Source: Octopus sinensis
Lineage: Eukaryota
Length of the DNA stretch: 64,000 bases
Reading direction: 5' to 3'
Assembly: GCF_006345805.1 (NCBI RefSeq)
Contig: NC_043024.1
Span: forward strand, 16,554,001-16,618,000
Positions within the stretch are counted from its first letter, which is position 1, and each line of letters starts with the position of its first letter. The position numbers were made by a program, and so were the translations under genes. Positions 24,800 to 36,000 of the stretch are shown here, piece after piece. The notes beneath the pieces were generated by a model, which saw only the letters and a list, made by a program, of their open reading frames with translations, ran no database searches and was not told the origin of the DNA.

Positions 24800-25756
24800 A
24801 TATATATATATAATAAATATTTTGGACTAATAGATATAAGTCAATTAGTGTGTTTAAATGTTGAGTAGAGCACCGATACAGTTTAGGCTACCTGGTGTCA
24901 TCCGCAGTTGTGGTATACTTCCATTGGATCTAATTCAGGAACTCCACAGCGGCAGTTAGGGGAATTATATTAAGGAACGAGAAGATGGATTTGGTATTAA
25001 ACTTTATTCTATACAGCATTCATTTTGTCCTGTCCTTTAATAAAGTTTAATCCATCTTCTAATTACGTTATATATATATATGTATATATATATATGTATA
25101 TATATACATATATGTATATATACATATATGTATATATATATGTATATATATATGTATATATATATATGACAGGCTTCTTTTAATTTCCATTTGCCAAATC
25201 CATTCACAAGATTTTAGTTGATCTGAGGTTGTAGTAAAAGACACTTGCCCAAGGTGCCACATAGTGGGACTGAACCTGGAACCATGTGCTTAGGAAACAA
25301 GTTTCTTATCAAACAGCCATACCTTTGCCTTCGTTCCATATTCTACAAAACAGTAATAATAGACACATAATATATATGGCTGTATAAAAAATTACAAATT
25401 TTTGTGATTTGATGGACTTTTACCTTGATTTCAACACATGATGTCCTAGCTGTTCAATCAACTGAACAACCTACACATTGTGTTAGCATGTGAAGTGGCC
25501 GAGTATCCACATGTGTGTATCTTTAATGTAATTCTCAGTTAGAATCAGAGTTACACAGTGTATCTCTGTTGCATCTTTGAATTTCCCTCCATCTGATGGG
25601 TTTCCAAGTAGTTACTATCTTGACACCTTCACAAATCTGATACCCCAGCTGCAAAGGCAAACTTCTTAACTACACATCTATTCAGGCAACCTCAACCAAA
25701 TTTGAATCCTGCTATATTTGTATACATATTGGTGCAGGGGTGGATGTGTGGAACTA

Positions 25757-25885
25757 AACCACATGGTCTCGGGTTCAGTTCCACTGCGTGGCACCTTGGG
25801 CAAGTGCCTTCTACTATAGCCTCGGGCCAACCAAATCCTTGTGAATGGATTTGGTAGGCAGAAACTGGAAGAAGCCTGTCGTATA

Positions 25886-25940
<55 letters not shown>

Positions 25941-26161
25941 GCGTGTGTGTGTGTGTATGTTTGCGTGTCTGTTTGTCCCCCCAGCATTGCTTGACAACCG
26001 ATGTTGGTGTGTATATGTCCCCGTAACTTAGCAGTTCGGCAGAAGACACCGATAGAATAAGTACTAGGCTTACAAAGAATAAGTCCTGGGGTCGATTTGT
26101 TCAACTATAAAGGCGGTGCTTCAGCATGGCCACAGTCAAATGACTGAAACAAATAAAAGAG
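25757..26161 (+). mobile_element. SINE family A
   Basis: Near-complete copy; tail-to-tail with the next copy. Confidence 0.9.
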
Positions 26162-26169
26162 TATACATA

Positions 26170-26424
26170 TTCTTTTATTCTTTTACTTGTTTCAGTCAAT
26201 TGATTGTGGTCATGCTGGAGCACTGCTTTTAGTCGAGCAAATCAACCCCAGGACTTATTCTTTGTAAGCCTAGTGCTTATTCTATCAGGCTCTTTTGCTG
26301 AACTGCTAAGTTACAGGGACATAAACACACCAGCATTGGTTGCCAAATGATGGTGGGGGTGGGGACAAACACAGACACACAACACTCATACACACATACA
26401 TATATATGCATATATATCTATATA

Positions 26425-26456
<32 letters not shown>

Positions 26457-26615
26457 ACGGGCTTCTTTCAATTTTCATCAATCAGATCAATTTACAAGGC
26501 TTTGGTTGGTCTGATGCTATAGTAGAAGACACTTGCCCAAGGTGCCATGCAGTGGGACTGAATCTAGAACCATGTGGTTGGTAAGCAAGCTACTACTTAC
26601 AGCCACTCCTGCACC
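26170..26615 (-). mobile_element. SINE family A
   Basis: Full-length copy in reverse orientation. Confidence 0.9.
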
Positions 26616-26715
26616 TATATACACATAATTTAAATATAGAAGTATTATTGTCATTATTAATAGTATTAATAAGGTAATAATAAGGTAGCTAGCTAGTTCA
26701 CACCATTACAGGCAC

Positions 26716-27042
26716 AATATACGGTAAATTTAGATTCAGTAGGATATATATAATACCACTTGCTAAAACCAAAGCCAATGCTTCAAAAGCACCACAAACT
26801 CACGATAAAGATGTTGAAATGTTATGTTCAACTGATGATCACAGAGTATATTAGTGATGCAAAGTGTGATACTAATTGATATTGAAATATACATTACTTA
26901 CTGATGTAATCAATGCAAAGGTAAGCCTATTTCTCATATGGTCATCGCATTGTATCTTTATTGTGAATTTTATGGTGGTTTTTGGAGCATTGGCTCTGAT
27001 TTTAGCAAGTGGCATATACCCTACTGAATCTAAATTTACCAT

Positions 27043-27044
<2 letters not shown>
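26716..27044. repeat. inverted repeat with ~95-bp arms
   Basis: GGTAAATTTAGATTCAGTAGG...CACTTGCTAAAACCAAAGCCAATGCT is mirrored by AGCATTGGCTCTGATTTTAGCAAGTG...CCTACTGAATCTAAATTTACC. Confidence 0.85.
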
Positions 27045-27085
<41 letters not shown>

Positions 27086-27088
<3 letters not shown>

Positions 27089-28110
27089 GCTGAATGACCC
27101 AGCATTGCCTGGATTAGTAAACAATAAATATAAAGATATATTTTCATAATTATATCAAAATATCTATATTTTGTTGAAAAATATCCAAATTGTAATGATA
27201 ATAGAATTTTGAACTGAAAATCTGTCAATGTTGAAGCATTGCAGAGTAAAAAATATTCATTGTATAATATTTTGTTGGTGTCTAAATGAATAAAGTGTTG
27301 CTGCTTCCAACTCGCAAGCAAACAACATGGAGTTGGCCGAGGGAGAAGCATGTAGTAGAGAGATCAAGTCCAACTACCTTCAGGGATCGACCCTGAGATT
27401 TGTTAAGTGAAATATCAAAACTTAGTTTGACTGGAAACAGAGGCATTTAAAATTCAAATGGAACATCTGTAGGTAGGAGAGGAATTTTTGGAATAAAGAC
27501 ATCTCCTTTATGACTACCTGTCATTATTGTTGCCTGTAGGACATGGGGCTTCATGGAAATAACAATTGAGTTCCATTATACAGGTGAGATGGATCAAGAT
27601 TCCTAAGCAACATAATGAGAGAACCCAGTTTTAGTGTCAAGTTATACGGTTGCACCCCAGTGGGTTTAAGTGTGTTCAGAAATTCAACAGGGTATTGAAT
27701 AACCTGATCTTGCTGTCAATTGATCAAAAAGTAATTTCTGATGTATTTGTTAACTTTTGAAGGAGTTCCTGATTGAGTTTATCAACCATTTTCATTAGTT
27801 GGAGCCAGTATAGCTCTTTCACATAATTGTGTAATTGACAGATGAACTAGGAAATACTTTATCCATAAGATCCCTAAGAGAAAGTGTCATTTGATCTCAT
27901 GGAAATCATGTAGCTGTTAATATCCCATTACCAATCTTAAGAAATTCACATGATCATCTTGTAAAAGTACGCATGTGTTGCTTGTATGATCAAGTTTTTC
28001 ACATGTCTCCAAAGGTATGATTTTTGTAAGCATGCATTGCTTTCATCAGCTTTTGATCCTTTGGGGATAAATGGCAACATTTGACAAAAGTCTCCTTGTG
28101 AGAATTTACT
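27086..28110 (-). mobile_element. Helitron 3' fragment: decayed PIF1-type helicase and 3' hairpin terminus
   Basis: Minus-strand GDFCQMLPFIPKG...SYLWRHV, ERAILAPTNE, YPVEFLNTL...IMLLRNLD...NGT, FPVKLSF..SLNKSQGRSLKVVGLDL...GQLHVVCLRVG; terminal hairpin CCAGGCAATGCTGGG then CTAC (degenerate CTAG) at 27086. Confidence 0.88.
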
Positions 28111-28781
28111 AAAAAAAAGAAGACGGACATGTAAACAACAAACAGATGTATTAGTTCAATGCTTGGAAAGTGAGAAAGATATATATTGTAATATCAACAA
28201 AGTGGCGTTAACATTAGCACCACTTTGCAGATGTAACGACATGTGGAATATATTCACACACATGAATGCACCTGATGGGATTCCTGCTGTTTGTATCTAA
28301 CAGATTCCCTCATGTAGCATTTGTCAGGTCAGGGTCACATTAAAAGACACCCATGGTGCAATAGGAACAAACCTGAAACCACATCATGAAGGGGCAAAAT
28401 CCTTCACCACATAGTCATGGCTGTGTGTTTATGTGTGTGTACGTGCAAGCATGTGTGCATGCATGTGCATACATGCATGTGTGCATCCCCCTTCTATTAA
28501 CACCTTATCATTTACTTCCCCCTCCTCTCTCTTTGCCATTCTCTCTTCCTTTCTCTTTGTCACTCTCTTCTTCCCTTGCCTCACTCTCTCTCACTCTGGC
28601 TTCCTTTCTCCCACTGCCTCTTCCTCTCTACTTCCCGCACTCTCTCTCTCTCTTCCTCCCCCTCCATATCTCTCCAATGTGTGTAGGTGTGGTTGGCTTA
28701 GATAAAGCATGAAGATGAAGAGGCAGAGTGGTTTGGCTCCTGCCACCAACACTTCCCTTCTTTCTCATCACTCTGATGTCC

Positions 28782-29105
28782 CCACCACCACCACCACCAC
28801 CACTACCACCACCATTACCACCACCACCACCACAACCACCACCATCAGCACCACCACCACCACCGCCACTACCACCACCATTACTACCACCACCACCACC
28901 GCCACTACCACCACCATTACTACCACCACCACCACCACCACCACCGCCACTACCACCACCATTACCCCAAACACAACCACCACCACCACCATCAGCACCA
29001 CCACAACCACCACCACCACCACCACCACCGCCACTACCACCACCATTACTACCACCACCATTACCACCACCACCACCACCACCACCACCACCATCACATT
29101 ACCAT
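28782..29105. repeat. (ACC)n trinucleotide tract with longer-period variant pattern
   Basis: Recurrent CACCGCCACTACCACCACCATTAC blocks. Confidence 0.95.
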
Positions 29106-29911
29106 TGGATACGAATGCAGTTCCTGCCTCACCCCTGTTCGTGCTGCAATTAATTAATAGGTACTTTGTTAATCTCACACCCTTGATAATCTTGATTTGT
29201 TTGTGTGTTTTGATATTTATTGAATTTTAAATAATTTTGTTTTATTTTCAGTAATATTCCATCCTAACTAATTAGCTGTTACTTTCTTAATGAACAAATA
29301 ATTTATAAAAGGCAATAATGCATGCGTGTATGTGTGTTTGTGTGTGTGAGTGCATGTGTGTGTGCGTGTGTTATCTAATCATAAATTCCTATCCACACAC
29401 ACTTATATGTGTGTATGTAAATATTTATATGTATACATGTATGTGTATTTGTGTATATATATATATATAGTGTGTGTGTGTGTGTGCATATGAGTGTGTA
29501 TGTGTGTACAGAAATGACTTTGTAGTTGGTAATTTTGCCCCCCAATTCCATGGCTTGATTTCAGTCTCACCTTGGGCAGGTGTCTTCTACAACCCCAGGC
29601 CAGCCAAAATCTTGTGAGTGATTTTGGTGAACAGAAACTCATTTTCTGTGATCTTTCTTCTTCTTCTTCTTCTTCTTCTTCTTCTTCTTCTCCGCTTCCC
29701 CCTCCTCCTCCTCACTGCACAAAGCTCTCAATACAACACTCATCTTACATTGCACTCTCTTGCTTAGTCTTTACTCTTCTGTCTCCTCTTCCCTACACAT
29801 TCTGTCACTCCTCATCTCTTTCAATTTTCCTGCTTTCACATTCCTTTATGGTTTGGTGTAATGCAGTTTGTACTCTCCTATGAGGTTTTTCATATGTTCA
29901 TCTCTTTAATT

Positions 29912-30001
29912 CATCATCATCATCATCATCAATAGACTCTTGGTTTCGTTTCTACAGTTGGACACCCTTCTTAACACCAACAACTTCAGAGTGTATTCGT
30001 T
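29912..30001 (-). mobile_element. RTE 3'-end remnant directly abutting the satellite
   Basis: (CAT)n tail, then GTTTCTACAGTTGGACACCCTTCTTAACACCAAC..GAGTGTA, matching GTTTCTACAGCTGGATGCCCTTCCTAATGCCAAC..GAGTGTA at about 3730. Confidence 0.8.
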
Positions 30002-33000
30002 GCTTTTTATGTGACACCATCACAAGTGCCTCTTTACATGGCGCCATCACCAGTGCATTTTATGTGGCACCAACACCATTGCTTTTTATGTGACACCATC
30101 ACCAGTGCCTTTTTATGTGGCACCATCACAAGTGCCTATTTACATGGTGCCATCACCAGTGCATTTTATGTGGCACCAACACCATTGCTTTTTATGTGAC
30201 ACCATCACCAGTGCCTTTTTATGTGGCACCATCACAAGTGCCTCTTTACATGGTGCCATCACCAGTGCATTTTATGTGGCACCAACACCATTGCTTTTTA
30301 TGTGACACCATCACCAGTGCCTTTTTATGTGGCACCATCACAAGTGCCTCTTTACATGGCGCCATCACCAGTGCATTTTATGTGGCACCACACCATTGCT
30401 TTTTATGTGACACCATCACCAGTGCCTTTTATGTGGCACCATCACAAGTGCCTCTTTACATGGTGCCATCACCAGTGCATTTTATGTGGCACCAACAACA
30501 CCATTGCTTTTATGTGACACCATCACCAGTGCCTTTTATGTGGCACCATCACAAGTGCCTATTTACATGGTGCCATCACCAGTGCATTTTATGTGGCACC
30601 AACACCATTGCTTTTTATGTGACACCATCACCAGTGCCTTTTTATGTGACACCATCACAAGTGCCTCTTTACATGGTGCCATCACCAGTGCATTTTATGT
30701 GGCACCAACACATTGCTTTTTATGTGACACCATCACCAGTGCCTTTTTATGTGGCACCATCACAAGTGCTCTTACCATGGTGCCATCACCAGTGCATTTT
30801 ATGTGGCACCAACACCATTGCTTTTATGTGACACCATCACCAGTGCCTTTTTATGTGGCACCATCACAAGTGCCTCTTTACATGGTGCCATCACCAGTGC
30901 ATTTTATGTGGCACCAACACCATTGCTTTTTATGTGACACCATCACCAGTGTGCTTTTTATGTGGCACCATCACAAGTGCCTCTTTACATGGTGCCATCA
31001 CCAGTGCATTTATGTGGCACCAACACCATTGCTTTTTATGTGACACCATCACCAGTGCCTTTTATGTGGCACCATCACAAGTGCCTATTTACATGGTGCC
31101 ATCACCAGTGCATTTTATGTGGCACCAACACCATGCTTTTTATGTGAACCATCACCAGTGCTTTTTATGTGACACCATCACAAGTGCCTCTTTACATGGC
31201 GCCATCACCAGTGCATTTTATGTGGCACCATCACCAGTGCCTTTTTATGTGGCACCATCACAAGTGCCTCTTTACATGGCGCCATCACCAGTGCATTTTA
31301 TGTGGCACCAACACCATTGCTTTTTATTGTGACACCATCACCAGTGCCTTTTATATGTGGCACCATCACAAGTGCCTCTTTACATGCGCCCCATCACCAG
31401 TGCATTTTATGTGGCACCAACACCATGCTTTTTATGTGACACCATCACCAGTGCCTTTTTATGTGGCACCATCACAAGTGCCTATTTACATGGTGCCATC
31501 ACCTGTGCATTTTATGTGGCACCAACACCAGTGCTTTTTATGTGACACCATCACCAGTGCCTTTTTATGTGTGGCACCATCACAAGTGCCTCTTTACATG
31601 GTGCCATCACCAGTGCATTTTATGTGGCACCAACACCAGTGCTTTTTATGTGACACCATCACCAGTGCCTTTTTATGTGGTGCCATCACAAGTGCCTCTT
31701 TACATGGTGCCATCACCAGTGCATTTTATGTGGCACCAACACCATTGCTTTTTATGTGACACCATCACCAGTGCCTTTTTATGTGGCACCATCACAAGTG
31801 CCTCTTTACATGGTGCCATCACCAGTGCATTTTATGTGGCACCAACACCATTGCTTTTTATGTGACACCATCACCAGTGCCTCTTTACATGGCGCCATCA
31901 CCAGTGCATTTTATGTGGGACCAACACCATTGCTTTTTATGTGACACCAACACCATTGCTTTTTATGTGACACCATCACCAGTGCCTTTTTATGTGGCAC
32001 CATCACAAGTGCCTCTTTACATGGCGCCATCACCAGTGCATTTTATGTGGCACCAACACCATTGCTTTTTATGTGACACCATCACCAGTGCCTTTTTATG
32101 TGGCACCATCACAAGTGCCTCTTTACATGGTGCCATCACCAGTGCATTTTATGTGGCACCAACACCATGCTTTTTATGTGACCCATCACCAGTGCCTTTT
32201 TATGTGGCACCATCACAAGTGCCTATTTACATGGTGCCATCACCAGTGCATTTTATGTGGCACCAACACCATGCTTTTTATGTGACACCATCACCAGTGC
32301 CTTTTTATGTGACACCATCACAAGTGCCTCTTTACATGGCGCCATCACCAGTGCATTTTATGTGGCACCATCACCAGTGCCTTTTTGTGGCACCATCACA
32401 AGTGCCTCTTTACATGGCGCCATCACCAGTGCATTTTATGTGGCACCAACACCATTGCTTTTTATGTGACACCATCACCAGTGCCTTTTATGTGGCACCA
32501 TCACAAGTGCCTCTTTACATGGCGCCATCACCAGTGCATTTTATGTGGCACCAACACCATGCTTTTTATGTGACACCATCACCAGTGCCTTTTATGTGGC
32601 ACCATCACAAGTGCCTATTTACATGGTGCCATCACCTGTGCATTTTATGTGGCACCAACACCAGTGCTTTTTATGTGACACCATCACCAGTGCTTTTTAT
32701 GTGGCACCATCACAAGTGCCTCTTTACATGGTGCCATCACCAGTGCATTTTATGTGGCACCAACACCAGTGCTTTTTATGTGACACCATCACCAGTGCCT
32801 TTTTATGTGGTGCCATCACAAGTGCCTCTTTACATGGTGCCATCACCAGTGCATTTTATGTGGCACCAACACCATTGTTTATGTGACACCATCACCAGTG
32901 CCTTTTTATGTGGCACCATCACAAGTGCCTCTTTACATGGTGCCATCACCAGTGCATTTTATGTGGCACCAACACCATTGCTTTTATGTGACACCATCAC

Positions 33001-36000
33001 CAGTGCCTCTTTACATGGCGCCATCACCAGGCATTTTATGTGGGACCAACACCATTGCTTTTTATGTGACACCAACACCATTGCTTTTATTATGTGACAC
33101 CATCACCAGTGCTTTTTATGTGGCACCATCACAAGTGCCTCTTTACATGGCGCCATCCAGTGCATTTTATGTGGCACCAACACCATTGCTTTTATGTGAC
33201 ACCATCACCAGTGCTTTTTATGTGGCACCATCACAAGTGCCTCTTTACATGGTGCCATCACCAGTGCATTTTATGTGGCACCAACACCATTGCTTTTTAT
33301 GTGACACCATCACCAGTGCCTTTTTATGTGGCACCATCACAAGTGCCTATTTACATGGTGCCATCACCAGTGCATTTTATGTGGCACCAACACCATGCTT
33401 TTTATGTGACACCATCACCAGTGCCTTTTTATGTGACACCATCACAGTGCCTCTTTACATGGCGCCATCACCAGTGCATTTTATGTGGCACCAACACCAT
33501 TGCTTTTTATGTGACACCATCACCAGTGCCTTTTTATGTGGCACCATCACAAGTGCCTCTTTACATGGTGCCATCACCAGTGCATTTATGTGGCACCAAC
33601 ACCATTGCTTTTTATGTGAGACCATCACCAGTGCCTTTTTATGTGGCACCATCACAAGTGCCTCTTTACATGGTGCCATCACCAGTGCATTTTATGTGGC
33701 ACCAACACCATTGCTTTTATGTGACACCATCACCAGTGCCTTTTTATGTGGCACCATCACAAGTGCCTCTTACATGGTGCCATCACCAGTGCATTTTATG
33801 TGGCACCAACACCATTGCTTTTTATGTGACACCATCACCAGTGCCTTTTTATGTGGCACCATCACAAGTGCCTATTTACATGGTGCCATCACCAGTGCAT
33901 TTTATGTGGCACCAACACCATTGCTTTTTATGTGACACCATCACCAGTGCCTTTTTATGTGACACCATCACAAGTGCCTCTTTACATGGCGCCATCACCA
34001 GTGCATTTTATGTGGCACCATCACCAGTGCCTTTTTATGTGGCACCATCACAAGTGCCTCTTTACATGGCGCCATCACCAGTGCATTTTATGTGGCACCA
34101 ACACCATTGCTTTTTATGTGACACCATCACCAGTGCCTTTTTATGTGGCACCATCACAAGTGCCTATTTACATGGTGCCATCACCTGTGCATTTTATGTG
34201 GCACCAACACCAGTGCTTTTTATGTGACACCATCACCAGTGCCTTTTTATGTGGCACCATCACAAGTGCCTCTTTACATGGTGCCATCACCAGTGCATTT
34301 TATGTGGCACCAACACCAGTGCTTTTTATGTGACACCATCACCAGTGCCTTTTTATGTGGCACCATCACAAGTGCCTCTTTACATGGTGCCATCACCAGT
34401 GCATTTTATGTGGCACCAACACCATTGCTTTTTATGTGACACCATCACCAGTGCCTTTTTATGTGGCACCATCACAAGTGCCTCTTTACATGGTGCCATC
34501 ACCAGTGCATTTTATGTGGCACCAACACCATTGCTTTTTATGTGACACCATCACCAGTGCCTTTTTATGTGGCACCATCACAAGTGCCTCTTTACATGGT
34601 GCCATCACCAGTGCATTTTATGTGGCCACCAACACCATTGCTTTTTATGTGACACCATCACCAGTGCCTTTTTATGTGGCACCATCACAAGTGCCTCTTT
34701 ACATGGTGCCATCACCAGTGCATTTTATGTGGCACCAACACCATTGCTTTTTATGTGACACCATCACCAGTGCCTTTTATGTGGCCACCATCACAAGTGC
34801 CTATTACATGGTGCCATCACCAGTGCATTTTATGTGGCACCAACACCAGTGCTTTTTATGTGACACCATCACCAGTGCCTTTTTATGTGGCACCATCACA
34901 AGTGCCTCTTTACATGGTGCCATCACCAGTGCATTTTATGTGGCACCAACACCAGTGCTTTTTATGTGACACCATCACCAGTGCCTTTTTATGTGACACC
35001 ATCACAAGTGCCTCTTTACATGGCGCCATCACCAGTGCATTTTATGTGGCACCAACACCAGTGCTTTTTATGTGACACCATCACCAGTGCCTTTTTATGT
35101 GACACCATCACAAGTGCCTCTTTACATGGCGCCATCACCAGTGCATTTTATGTGGCACCAACACCAGTGCTTTTTATGTGACACCATCACCAGTGCCTTT
35201 TTATGTGACACCATCATCAGTGCCTTTTTATGTGGCACCATCACAAGTGCCTCTTTACATGGTGCCATCACCAGTGCATTTTATGTGGCACCAACACCAT
35301 TGCTTTTTATGTGACACCATCACCAGTGCCTTTTTATGTGGCACCATCACAAGTGCCTATTTACATGGTGCCATCACCAGTGCATTTTATGTGGCACCAA
35401 CACCATTGCTTTTTATGTGACACCATCACCAGTGCCTTTTTATGTGACACCATCACAAGTGCCTCTTTACATGGTGCCATCACCAGTGCATTTTATGTGT
35501 CACAAACACCATTGCTTTTATGTGACACCATCACCAGTGCCTTTTTATGTGACACCATCACAAGTGCCTCTTTACATGGCGCCATCACCAGTGCATTTTA
35601 TGTGGCACCAACACCATTGCTTTTTATGTGACACCATCACCAGTGCCTTTTTATGTGACACCATCACAAGTGCCTCTTTACATGGCGCCATCACCAGTGC
35701 ATTTTATGTGGCACCAACACCATTGCTTTTTATGTGACACCATCATCAGTGCCTTTTTATGTGGCACCATCACAAGTGCCTCTTTACATGGCGCCATCAC
35801 CAGTGCATTTTATGTGGCACCAACACCATTGCTTTTATGTGACACCATCACCAGTGCCTTTTTATGTGACACCATCACAAGTGCCCTTTACATGGCGCCA
35901 TCACAGTGCATTTTATGTGGCACCAACACCATTGCTTTTTATGTGACACCATCATCAGTGCCTTTTTATGTGGCACCATCACAAGTGCCTCTTTACATGG

